Shown piece by piece: positions 37,592-46,048 of a DNA stretch of 48,235 nucleotides (position 1 is its first letter; each line of letters opens with the position of its first letter). Position numbers and translations under genes: made by a program. This DNA is from Nitrospirota bacterium (GTDB lineage Bacteria; Nitrospirota; RBG-16-64-22), in the NCBI GenBank assembly GCA_016195465.1, contig JACPZO010000015.1:1-48235 (forward strand), written 5' to 3'. The notes under the pieces were generated by a model. The model was not told the origin of the DNA. It did not search any database and saw nothing but the letters and a program-made list of their open reading frames with translations.

Positions 37592-38665
37592 TTACGGCCT
37601 GCTTTGAACCTCGTACCCGCGTTCGACTTCCTTGTAGCTCTTCACGAGGACGGCCGTGGCGGTGCCGTCCTGGATGGAGATGACCTTGGCTTCGCTCACG
37701 AGCTGGTGTGGAAGCTGGATCCGGGCTTCCGACCAGCGGGCCTTCTTCACGAGGCCGGGGAGAATGACGGCGAACTTCGCGCCCACGCGGATTCCATCTT
37801 TTCTTCCGCGGTCGATGTAGACGATGTCGTGCTGGCCGTTCGAGTTCTTGTTGTCGGCCGTCTCGACGATGTGTCCCTTGACGGCCGGCGTCACTTCGCC
37901 GGCCACCATCTGGTCGGCGCCGGAAGGCTCGGCGAAGTCGGTGACCCGGTCCCCTTCCTCGATGGCGTCGTAGGAGCGGATGACGCGAGCCGTGGCGACC
38001 CGCCCGTCCGTCGCCGTCACCTCGGCGTAGCCAAGCGACTTGATCAGGTACCCCAGATTCCGTCCCGTGATCGGATGTTTCACCGCCCGGACGGTCCGGA
38101 CGATCGAGACCTTCGAGCCGGTCTGCGGATTGAAATTTGGCCCATGAGCGATGTAGATCGTGTCCTCCTGGCCGAGAAGGACCTTGTTGTCCCAGGAGCC
38201 GACGACCTCGCCTCCGGCCGGGACCGATCCGACGTAGCCGGCGGAGAGGATCAGCTTCTTCAAGGTGGGATCGACAGGCGCGGGCGGGACTGCCGGCCGC
38301 GCTTCTTCCGCTCCGGCCGCCGCCTCCTCCGGCTTTGCGGCCGCGACGGCTTCGGGGGCACCCTTCTCTTCGGCTTTGGCTTCCGCCTCCGTCTTTGAAG
38401 GCTTGGCGGGCGCTCCCGGAATCGCGATCTTCTGTCCCGGGTAGATCAGATCAGGGTTCTTGATGTCGGGATTCGCTTTCCAGACTTTCGGCCAGAGGAA
38501 GGGATCCTTGAGGTACGAGGACGTGATCCCCCAGAGAGTATCTCCCTTGACGACGTCGTGGCTCGCCGTCCCTTCCTTCTCGGCCATCGTCTGGTTGACG
38601 AAGAGAAAGACGGCGGCGCCAACGACCGCCGCCCCGATGCCGATCCATTTCGTGATCTTTGACAT
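37592..38665 (-). CDS. LysM peptidoglycan-binding domain protein (TsaP-like)
   Basis: HDVVKGDTLWGI..YLKDPFLWPKVWKANPDIKNPDLIYPGQ; conserved position upstream of dprA. Confidence 0.9.
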   Translation of the reverse strand: MSKITKWIGIGAAVVGAAVFLFVNQTMAEKEGTASHDVVKGDTLWGITSSYLKDPFLWPKVWKANPDIKNPDLIYPGQKIAIPGAPAKPSKTEAEAKAEEKGAPEAVAAAKPEEAAAGAEEARPAVPPAPVDPTLKKLILSAGYVGSVPAGGEVVGSWDNKVLLGQEDTIYIAHGPNFNPQTGSKVSIVRTVRAVKHPITGRNLGYLIKSLGYAEVTATDGRVATARVIRSYDAIEEGDRVTDFAEPSGADQMVAGEVTPAVKGHIVETADNKNSNGQHDIVYIDRGRKDGIRVGAKFAVILPGLVKKARWSEARIQLPHQLVSEAKVISIQDGTATAVLVKSYKEVERGYEVQSRP

Positions 38666-38845
38666 GTCGGACCTCCCCTGGCAGAGGCGTGGAACAAGGG
38701 ACTGGAAATTATTTTGAGCCTAGCGAATGAGCCGGATATTGTCAAGGATATTTCTAGATTCGATGGCGTAATGTGCTGTTTTTGAACGGTTCAGAACTTC
38801 TTTCGGGCCTTGGTCTGGGTTCAAGGTCAGGGGTCAGGCTGTGGT

Positions 38846-38895
38846 TGGAGAACCCCGCCTTGAAACGCGGGGATTTCGGCCCACTTTGCGGTTCA
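38846..38895. repeat. MITE/REP family A, short degenerate copy
   Basis: TGGAGAACCCCGCCTTGAAACGCGGGGATTTC...CACTTTGCGGTTCA. Confidence 0.7.
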
Positions 38896-38971
38896 TCTTG
38901 CTCGGCCATGGGGGGTGTGGTACGGTTTTTCTTCAGGGAGCACTGCCAATCAACGAAAGATGGGAGGAGGA

Positions 38972-39181
38972 ATGGATTTCCTGATCACGCTGGTTGTCGT
39001 CCTGCTTTTCGTCTACGCCGGTTCAGCCGTCTATCTGTACTACGGGTACAAGAACAACATGACCCTCTGAGGTATCGCGCATTCCCCGGAGGTCCTGGCG
39101 CGCATCGAAAAGAAGCTCAGGGCCGAGGGGAAAGACGTCCCCAGTTGGGTGACGGCAAGACAGAAGAAAGGCTCCTGCTGA
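38972..39181 (+). CDS. Candidate small membrane-anchored selenoprotein (69 aa, in-frame TGA at codon 33); alternatively a 32-aa peptide or pseudogene
   Basis: RBS GGAGGAGG; MDFLITLVVVLLFVYAGSAVYLYYGYKNNMTL-TGA-GIAHSPEVLARIEKKLRAEGKDVPSWVTARQKKGSC*; SECIS-like hairpin follows the TGA. Confidence 0.55.
39071..39103 (+). promoter_or_regulatory. Putative bacterial SECIS hairpin
   Basis: GCGC..CCGG[AGGUC]CUGG..GCGC with apical GG 20 nt after UGA, resembling the E. coli fdhF SECIS loop AGGUCU. Confidence 0.5.
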
Positions 39182-39224
39182 CGGCGCAAGGGGCAATGCG
39201 ACGCAGGGGCGTAATGCCACCGCA

Positions 39225-39815
39225 CTACCGCCAGGAGAGGATCTCGCTCACGGCCTTTCGCGGGGGCGCTAACGGCGTGTCCCGCGGAAAGCCGAGGACG
39301 AGCGAATCGACGACCCGGAACCCGTTCGGGACGTTCAGGCGTGAAATCAGGCGATGGTCCCGGTTGATGAGCGAGACGCCGCCGATGTGCGTCCCCCCGA
39401 GTCCCAGCGCCGTCGCGGCGATCAGGATGTTCTGAGCGGCGTAGGCGCAGGAGGCCTCGGCGTTCGGCCAGGAAGCGTCGGCGCAGACCAGGAGGAAGAG
39501 GGGGGCCCGGTGGATCGTCTGGCGAGGCGCTTTCTCGATGATCTCCCGGATTCTCTCCCCGCGGAGGGAAGGGAGAACGAGCTTGAGAAAGGGCCTCGCC
39601 TTCCAGATCCTCGCGGCCTGCCGGCGAAGCGCCGCCTCCACCTCATCGATCAGGAGCCTGTCTCGGACGGCGATGAAATGCCAGGGTTGCGAGTTGTACG
39701 GAGAAGGAGCGAGCGAGGCGAGGCGGACCAGGTCCTCGACCGTCTCGCGGGGGATTTCCCTTTCCTCGAAGCTCCTGCGGGCCCGTCTCTTTTCGATCGC
39801 CTCGATCGCGTCCAT
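39225..39815 (-). CDS. Nitroreductase family protein
   Basis: AIEKRRARRSF, LAPSPYNSQPWHF, QNILIAATALGLG. Confidence 0.9.
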   Translation of the reverse strand: MDAIEAIEKRRARRSFEEREIPRETVEDLVRLASLAPSPYNSQPWHFIAVRDRLLIDEVEAALRRQAARIWKARPFLKLVLPSLRGERIREIIEKAPRQTIHRAPLFLLVCADASWPNAEASCAYAAQNILIAATALGLGGTHIGGVSLINRDHRLISRLNVPNGFRVVDSLVLGFPRDTPLAPPRKAVSEILSWR

Positions 39816-39844
39816 TTGCCTCCTCCCGCCGCCTCTCCGGCCTG

Positions 39845-41071
39845 ATGCGCACTGAAAAGATACCCGATCGCTTCACCCCATCCAAGGGGATTTGGCGGCC
39901 GGTTCTTCTTCTCGCCGTTCTGGTCGCCGTTCTCTTGTCCGGGGCCTGCGCCGGAATCCCCGAAGCCCCGCCGCCGGACTACGTTCCGGCCCCCCGTTCC
40001 GTTTTCGGCGGTCTCGCACTCTCCGTCGAAGATGCCGAGGCGCTTGCTCGATCGCTGGACGCCGCGGCCAAACGGCTGCCGGCTCCCGCGAACGCCTCGC
40101 AGGGTCTTGCGGGCGTTCTGTCGCTTCGCGGAATCCTTCGAGATGCCGGGACCCCGGATGAGATCCGGGCGAAGGTCGCGGAGGCGTTCGACCCGTGGAC
40201 GGCCGGAACGACGGAAGGCCAGGCCCTGGTCACGGGGTACTACGAGCCCGTGGTTGATGGCTCTCTTGCCCCTTCGGAGCGGTTCCGATACCCTCTGTAC
40301 GCCGTTCCCGACGATCTCGTGACGGTTTCCCTCCTTCCTTTCGGACTTACGAACGCCTCCCGCGACCGGCTCGTCGGGCGGCTGGCCGGGAGGACGGTTG
40401 TCCCGTACTACACGCGGCGGGAGATCGACAGCGGGAGCGCCCTCGCCGGGAAAGGATTGGAACTGGCCTGGCTGGACGATCCCGCGGAGGGCTTCTTCCT
40501 CCACGTGCAGGGGTCGGGCGTCGTCCGCCTTCCGGACGGACCTCCGCGGCGCATCGGCTACGCGGGATCGAACGGACACCCCTACCGGAGCATCGGCCGG
40601 CTCCTGGCGGACGAAGGGAAGATCCCGCTTGCGGACGTGACGATGCAGGCGATCCGTGACTACTTGGCGCGGAATCCCGACGAGCGGGACAAGGTTCTCC
40701 ATCACAACGAGAGCTACGTCTTCTTCCGCTGGACGGAGGGCGGGCCGTTCGGGTCTCTCGGCGCAAAGCTCGTTCAATTCGCGAGTGTTGCCGTCGATCC
40801 GCGCGTCTATCCGCCGGGCTCGATTCTCCTGCTCGAAACGGAAATTCCGGCTCCGGATGGGGGGGCGGCGCGCCCCTTCAGGAGTCTTGTCGTGGCGATG
40901 GACACGGGAGGGGCGATCAAGGGGCCGGGGCGCGTTGACCTCTTCTGCGGAACCGGAAAAGAAGCGGGCGAGATCGCCGGCCGTCTCAAGAGCCGCGGAA
41001 AAATCTACCTTCTCCGACCGAGAGGGCAGGGACCGCCGCGCGTTGAATCTGGAAAAAGGGGGGACACGTGA
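39845..41071 (+). CDS. mltA: Membrane-bound lytic murein transglycosylase A (lipoprotein)
   Basis: Lipobox-like SGAC; TGYYEP, FFLHVQGSG, YAGSNGHPYRSIG, NESYVFF, DTGGAIKGPGRVDLF. Confidence 0.92.
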   Translation: MRTEKIPDRFTPSKGIWRPVLLLAVLVAVLLSGACAGIPEAPPPDYVPAPRSVFGGLALSVEDAEALARSLDAAAKRLPAPANASQGLAGVLSLRGILRDAGTPDEIRAKVAEAFDPWTAGTTEGQALVTGYYEPVVDGSLAPSERFRYPLYAVPDDLVTVSLLPFGLTNASRDRLVGRLAGRTVVPYYTRREIDSGSALAGKGLELAWLDDPAEGFFLHVQGSGVVRLPDGPPRRIGYAGSNGHPYRSIGRLLADEGKIPLADVTMQAIRDYLARNPDERDKVLHHNESYVFFRWTEGGPFGSLGAKLVQFASVAVDPRVYPPGSILLLETEIPAPDGGAARPFRSLVVAMDTGGAIKGPGRVDLFCGTGKEAGEIAGRLKSRGKIYLLRPRGQGPPRVESGKRGDT

Positions 41072-42090
41072 TCGAATTGAAGCCGGAACAGATCCAGGAG
41101 TGGATGGTTGGAACGGCCACGGCGGGCGTGGCGTTCGCGGGGATGGCCCACGGCCTGTTTGGACGTCTGGCCGACGAAGGCCCGCTCTCCGCGAAAGCGC
41201 TGGCCGGCCGGGCCGGTGTTGACGAAGCGTACGGCGCGCGCTGGTGCGAGGTGGCTTTCGCGTTCGGATTTCTCGATCGGGTGGGGGACGGCTTCGCGCT
41301 TTCAGACGCGGGCAGGGCCGCCCTCGTTCCCGGTTCGCCTCAGTACGCCGGCGGGGCATTCGTCAACATGATGCTCCTCGGCCACTTCAGCCTCCGGTTC
41401 GCCGAGTGCCTGGGAACGGGCGACGTTCCCGGCGAAGGTCTCTTTGCCGAGCGCCGGATCTTCGCGCCCCTTTTTGGCCCGATGCTCGAGGCGAACTTCA
41501 AGCCCTTGTTCGAGCAGGCCGTCCTGCCGGCCGTCGCGGCCTATCGGGAGGCGGGCGGGAAGGGTGGCCGCGTGCTGGATCTCGGATGCGGGAACGCGTG
41601 GTTCCTCGTCTCGCTCGCCCGCGCGTTTCACTCCCTGACGGGCGTCGGCGTCGAGGGGCACGAGGCCCAAATCGCGAACGCGAACAAGCGGATCGAGTCG
41701 GAGGGGCTGGGGAGCCGGCTCCGTTGCGTGGCGGGAGACATCGTCGATCCGCCGGTGGACGGGCCGTTCGACCTCGTCACGATGAACCGCTCGGTCCATC
41801 ACGTGTGGGACAGGAAAGAGAGGCTCATTGGGTCCGTCAGGGACCGGCTTTCGCCGGGCGGCCGGTTCGTCGTCTGGGACCCCAACTTCCCCGACACGGA
41901 CGAGGGGCTTCGGACCCCCGCAAAGCGGACGATGGTCCTTCACTCTCTCGCGGAGGCGATGCAGGGGAACCGCCTGATGCCGGCGCGCGAGATCGTCGAC
42001 TGGATGCGGTCGGGCGGGTTCGAGGTGGAAGTGCATCTTCTCAACGGCGGGAACGAGGGGGTCGTCGTGGGGAGGAAGAAAGCATCATAG
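41068..42090 (+). CDS. Class I SAM-dependent methyltransferase with an N-terminal wHTH (Rv2258c-like)
   Basis: VLDLGCGNA, GPFDLV, LSPGGRF. Confidence 0.88.
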   Translation: MIELKPEQIQEWMVGTATAGVAFAGMAHGLFGRLADEGPLSAKALAGRAGVDEAYGARWCEVAFAFGFLDRVGDGFALSDAGRAALVPGSPQYAGGAFVNMMLLGHFSLRFAECLGTGDVPGEGLFAERRIFAPLFGPMLEANFKPLFEQAVLPAVAAYREAGGKGGRVLDLGCGNAWFLVSLARAFHSLTGVGVEGHEAQIANANKRIESEGLGSRLRCVAGDIVDPPVDGPFDLVTMNRSVHHVWDRKERLIGSVRDRLSPGGRFVVWDPNFPDTDEGLRTPAKRTMVLHSLAEAMQGNRLMPAREIVDWMRSGGFEVEVHLLNGGNEGVVVGRKKAS

Positions 42091-42245
42091 CGGGATGTTG
42101 AAAAAGTCCATCCATGGCTTTTTCAACCACGACTTGGCCGAAGTGAATTCGTCCAAGTCTTACAAATTACGAGACTTTCCAAGTCTCGCAATTTGGCAAT
42201 CCATCCATGGATTGCATAGCAGGGTGTTTTTCAACACCCTGCTAG
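42088..42245. mobile_element. MITE family B, copy 2
   Basis: TAGCGGGATGTTGAAAAAG...TTTTTCAACACCCTGCTAG; its first TAG is the stop codon of the methyltransferase. Confidence 0.85.
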
Positions 42246-42284
42246 GGGCGGGTTTCCGAAACGGCTGCCCGCGCGAACGCGGCA

Positions 42285-42314
42285 TTGACAAACAGAGCCG
42301 AAGAAGTGTACTTT
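42285..42314 (+). promoter_or_regulatory. Sigma-70 promoter for tRNA-Asn
   Basis: TTGACA-18 bp-TACTTT. Confidence 0.55.
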
Positions 42315-42357
42315 CGCGTCCTGCGCCGAACCGCTTCTTCTTTGCAACGGACACCAT

Positions 42358-42433
42358 TCCCGGGTAGCTCAGTCGGCAGAGCAGGTGGCTGTTAACCACC
42401 CTGTCGGGGGTTCGAATCCCTCCCCGGGAGCCA
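42358..42433 (+). tRNA. tRNA-Asn (GTT)
   Basis: TCCCGGG acceptor stem, TAGCTCAG D-arm, GGTGG-CTGTTAA-CCACC anticodon arm, GGTTCGAATCC T-loop, CCA end; 76 nt. Confidence 0.97.
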
Positions 42434-42470
42434 GAATTTCATCCGCTGAATTCGGCGGTTCCTGTGTAAC

Positions 42471-42505
42471 GCGAGACCCCGTGGGTTGAACCCCTCGGGG
42501 TCTTG
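42471..42505 (+). terminator. Hairpin after tRNA-Asn
   Basis: CGAGACCCCGTGGG-TTGAAC-CCCTCGGGGTCTTG. Confidence 0.55.
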
Positions 42506-42559
42506 TCGTTTCCGGCGATCCCACGCCGTTTTCCGCTCTCCCGGACATTCTCCCCTGCG

Positions 42560-43747
42560 TCATTCCGATCTCGGAGGCGCGGTCAGAGTCTCCCAGATAT
42601 CTTCGGCATGGAGCGGATTGAAAACGCGGACGCCCCGGACGTTGAACCTTTGCTCGCCGTTATAGAGGATCGCGCCTGCGCTGAGGCGTTTGATTCCGAG
42701 CGCCTGAAAGCGCTCCATCCCCTTGACGAAATCGACGGAAAAGGTCGCCGCGGATTTGATCTCGACCGGTGTGAGCGCGCCTTTTTCCCTAATGAGCAGA
42801 TCCACCTCGTTGCCGTGGGAGTCTCGGAAGAAATAAACCTCCGGCCTGATTCCCCTGTTGAGAGCGCCCTTCACGATGTCCGCGACGACGAGATTCTCAT
42901 ACAGGCTTCCGCGCAAGGGATCGCGGGATGCCTGCTCTTCCGTGTGGATGCCCAGCAAAAAGGAGGCGAGGCCCACATCCGTGAAGAATATCTTCGGGGA
43001 TTTGATCACGCGCTTTCGGACATTCTCGAAAAACGGCGGCAGTTCGAACAGAACATACGAGGCTTTCAGCACGGAAAGCCAGGTCCTGACGGTCGTGCCG
43101 GACACGCCGACGTCGTTCGAAAGCGAAGCGAGGTTCACAACCTGTCCCACCCGGCCCGCCAACAGCATGAGGAACTTCTGAAACTGCGACAGGTCGCGCA
43201 ACTGGATCAAGGCGCGCACATCGCGTTCGACGTAGGTCTGCAGATAGCCGTTGTAGAACCTGCGCGGTTCGAGCCTCTCTTCGTGAAGCCGCGGGAAGCA
43301 TCCGCGGACGATCAGGTCGAAGGGGGCCCGAGGAGTCTCATAACGGAGAAGTTCATGAAGGGAGAAAGGCCACAAGGTCAGCATGGCGGTTCGGCCCGCC
43401 AGCGACTGGCTGACCGCTTCGTGCAACTGCGGTTGATGGCTGCCGGTCAGGATGAACCGCCCGCGCTTCCTGGTCTTGTCCACCATCCCCTGGACGTAGG
43501 AAAGCAGCGCCGGGAGACGCTGGACTTCGTCCAGGATGCCCCCCTCTTCCATCCGGCCGAGGAATCCACGCGGGTCGGCTTCTGCCGCGATCCGGACATC
43601 CGGGTCTTCCAGGGAAAAGTACGGTTTGTCCGGAAACGTCATCCGGGCCAGGGTGGTCTTGCCTGATTGGCGCGGCCCCAGGATGGTCACCACGGGATAC
43701 TCCGCGGCTGACCGGACCAGTTCTTTTGAGATGTCTCGCGTAATCAT
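42560..43747 (-). CDS. AAA_14 ATPase with a DUF4143 C-terminal domain
   Basis: ILGPRQSGKTT, ILDEVQR, FILTGS, SLAGR, KSPKIFFTDVG, EVDL..PVEIKS. Confidence 0.92.
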   Translation of the reverse strand: MITRDISKELVRSAAEYPVVTILGPRQSGKTTLARMTFPDKPYFSLEDPDVRIAAEADPRGFLGRMEEGGILDEVQRLPALLSYVQGMVDKTRKRGRFILTGSHQPQLHEAVSQSLAGRTAMLTLWPFSLHELLRYETPRAPFDLIVRGCFPRLHEERLEPRRFYNGYLQTYVERDVRALIQLRDLSQFQKFLMLLAGRVGQVVNLASLSNDVGVSGTTVRTWLSVLKASYVLFELPPFFENVRKRVIKSPKIFFTDVGLASFLLGIHTEEQASRDPLRGSLYENLVVADIVKGALNRGIRPEVYFFRDSHGNEVDLLIREKGALTPVEIKSAATFSVDFVKGMERFQALGIKRLSAGAILYNGEQRFNVRGVRVFNPLHAEDIWETLTAPPRSE

Positions 43748-43837
43748 GCTGGCGTAATGATGCTCGGTAGATGTGTAAATAGCAAGCAAAACATCTGATT
43801 TGCACAAATCTACAGTGGAACTGCATGAGCATCCGTC

Positions 43838-44080
43838 TGCCAAGACCAAGTCGCGGCCGTCGAGCCGAAGGTCTCCCAAGCCGAACTCGACGCCCTGCGC
43901 AAGTTGGTCGAAACGGCCAAAGGCGGGCTGGAAAAGGCCCAGGACGACCTGCCCGCGCGCGTGCCGGGCACGCACGCGCAGGCCGGCGGGGGCGAAGGCG
44001 CTCACCGACAAGGCGCGGGGCCTGGTCGCCGAGGCGAAGGACGCCTACCGGACGGTGCTCGCTCCCTATCTGCCTCAAGT
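43838..44080 (+). pseudogene. Fragment of a helical hypothetical protein, frameshifted and truncated
   Basis: Coding-like VEPKVSQAELDALRKLVETAKGGLEKAQ continues in another frame as AKALTDKARGLVAEAKDAYRTVLAPY; ends at a MITE. Confidence 0.4.
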
Positions 44081-44100
44081 CCGGTCTCCCCTGTCCCGGT

Positions 44101-44240
44101 TGAAGAACCCCGCCTTGAAAGGCGGGGTTCTTCAACCTCCAAGGCGCTTTTCGATATTTTGCATTCGTGCGCTTTGACCCCGCCCCACCTGCCTGCCGGT
44201 AGGCAGGTGGGGCGGGGATTGCGGCGCACTGCGCGGTTCA
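44101..44240. mobile_element. MITE/REP family A, long copy with a nested 22-bp palindrome
   Basis: Colinear with 46879-46997; two GC hairpins; TGAA...TTCA ends. Confidence 0.85.
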
Positions 44241-44271
44241 TAGAAGATCGGCGTTTCCGCCCCCTCTTGGT

Positions 44272-44313
44272 TCTCCTCCCCCCTTGCGGGGGAGGATCAA
44301 GGTGGGGGGGGAG
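44272..44313. repeat. REP-like palindrome
   Basis: CTCCTCCCCCCTTGCGGGGGAGGATCAAGGTGGGGGG; same class as the REP inside 6901-7052. Confidence 0.55.
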
Positions 44314-44379
44314 CTGGCCAGACAACGAACCACAGTATGTTGGGGGGACCTACAGAAAAGCCGGAAGGACCAGCAAGTG

Positions 44380-45375
44380 CTAGTGTGAATGAGCCGGGAG
44401 GCCGTCGTGGGCGTGGGTGCCGATCCGATGGTGTTCGAGACCAGAGGCGCTTGCCGGGTCGACGTGAATCGTCACGTGGCGGAGATGGGGGATGCGGTGG
44501 AGGAGGTGGTGTCGCACGTACAGGGCGCCTGCGTGCCCCTCTTGCACCGTGAGGCCGGGATCGACGGCGATGGAAACGTCCGCTTCGAGTCGGTGTCCCA
44601 TCCACCGGACGCGGACGTCGGTAACCGCCTGGACGCCCGGGGCGGAGCTGGTCGCTAGGCGGATCTCCTCCGCGACGTGAGGGTCCGTCTCATCGAGGAG
44701 CCGCCCGATGACCGCGCGGCCCGCCGTCCACGCGATGACACAGATGACGCCGGTGATGCCGAGCCCGACGATGGGATCGGCTTGGGGAAACCCAAGCCAT
44801 ACGCCGGCGGCGCCGAGAAGGACCGAGAGGCTGGTCAGGGCATCCGCGCGCGCGTGCTGGCCGTCGGCGATAAGCGCGGCGCTGGCGATGCGGCGGCCGG
44901 CGTTGATCCGGATCCGCGCGGCCGCTTCGTTTCCGGCGAATCCGACGAGGGCGGCCGCGGCGACGATCCCGAGGTGGGAGATCTCCCTCGGTTCCAGGAA
45001 ACGGAGGACGGATTCATAGGCGGCCAGGAGGGCGCTGGCGGCGATGACGACGACGATGGCCAGGCCCGCCAGGTCCTCCACGCGCCCGTAGCCGTAGCTG
45101 AACCGGCCGTTCGGCTCCCGGCGGGCCATCCGGAAGGCCAGCCATAAGGGGATCGCGGTGAGGGCGTCCCCCGCGTTGTGGATCGTGTCGGCAAGAAGGG
45201 CGACGCTCCCGGAGACGGCGACGGCCGCGGTCTGGACGGCGGCCGTGCCGAGGAGGATCGCAAGGGAGCGCCTGACGGCGCGGATCCCGACATCCGTCGA
45301 CAGGAGCGCGGGGTCGGGCGGCGCATGGCTGTGCCCGAAATGCCCGTGCGGGTGCGGCGGCTTGTGCTCAGGCAT
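44380..45375 (-). CDS. Cation diffusion facilitator (CDF) metal efflux transporter
   Basis: His-rich termini, SGSVALLADTIHN..D, FSYGYGRVED, LIADGQHARAD. Confidence 0.94.
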   Translation of the reverse strand: MPEHKPPHPHGHFGHSHAPPDPALLSTDVGIRAVRRSLAILLGTAAVQTAAVAVSGSVALLADTIHNAGDALTAIPLWLAFRMARREPNGRFSYGYGRVEDLAGLAIVVVIAASALLAAYESVLRFLEPREISHLGIVAAAALVGFAGNEAAARIRINAGRRIASAALIADGQHARADALTSLSVLLGAAGVWLGFPQADPIVGLGITGVICVIAWTAGRAVIGRLLDETDPHVAEEIRLATSSAPGVQAVTDVRVRWMGHRLEADVSIAVDPGLTVQEGHAGALYVRHHLLHRIPHLRHVTIHVDPASASGLEHHRIGTHAHDGLPAHSH

Positions 45376-45613
45376 CGCGCTCTTTCGCGCGGCCGAGCGT
45401 AAAGCCGAGAATCCCGAACCATATGATTCCCGTCCACACGAGCACAGCCGCCCCCAGGTGAACCGCGACCGAGGCGCCGGCGATGAGTCCCACCGCGGGA
45501 AGGGCGGACGGCCAGTTCGCCAGCGTCACGCCTCCCGCGATAAGAATGAGTCCCAGCGCCAGATGGGCTCTGAGCATTGTGTTCGGTTGCTTTACGGCGA
45601 TGCGGTGGCTCAT
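45368..45613 (-). CDS. Small hydrophobic membrane protein
   Basis: 81 aa, two to three hydrophobic segments, RBS GGAGGAG, coupled to the CDF gene. Confidence 0.6.
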   Translation of the reverse strand: MSHRIAVKQPNTMLRAHLALGLILIAGGVTLANWPSALPAVGLIAGASVAVHLGAAVLVWTGIIWFGILGFTLGRAKERDA

Positions 45614-45629
45614 GGCGGCTCCTCCATTT

Positions 45630-45908
45630 TCAGCGCAGAAAGGCGCGGATGATTTCCATCAACTCCTCGGCGGCCCCGGCCTGTTCCGCCGTCGGTCTCC
45701 GCTTCTCGTCGAGGACGTGAAGGCGCACATGCCCCTCGATGATCTCGGCCATCAGGCTGCTCAGCGCTCCCCGGCAGGCGGCCACCGTCTGAAGGATGTG
45801 GAATGGCTCCTTCTCCCCCTCGAGCGCCCGCTCGATTCCCTCCACCTGTCCCTTGATTCGGCGGACCCGGTGTAGGAGTTTTTGCCTCTCGCGGATCGTG
45901 TGCGACAT
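45630..45908 (-). CDS. RcnR/CsoR/FrmR-family metal-sensing repressor
   Basis: MSHTIRE..RVRRIKGQVEG..AA.RGA..EGH..H; RBS GGGGAGG. Confidence 0.92.
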   Translation of the reverse strand: MSHTIRERQKLLHRVRRIKGQVEGIERALEGEKEPFHILQTVAACRGALSSLMAEIIEGHVRLHVLDEKRRPTAEQAGAAEELMEIIRAFLR

Positions 45909-45930
45909 GGGTCAACCTCCCCTGTTTCTT

Positions 45931-45959
45931 ATATACCATACCCCACTATGGTATGTCAA
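45931..45959 (-). promoter_or_regulatory. RcnR/CsoR-type operator overlapping a sigma-70 promoter
   Basis: ATACCATA-CCCCAC-TATGGTAT dyad with central C/G tract, lying between TTGACA and a TATATA-like -10 on the minus strand. Confidence 0.85.
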
Positions 45960-46048
45960 GGGCGGTGCCGTTGAACGGCTGTGCGGGGGGCCTGGTATTG
46001 CAAATCGTAAATAACGAAGCATTTTGTTTGGGGCTTATCCGCGGTCAT

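Noticed and set aside
38773-39435. 220-aa ORF spanning the intergenic region
   Set aside because: It runs through a MITE and overlaps the nitroreductase; no RBS or motifs; the 38972 frame is far more gene-like.
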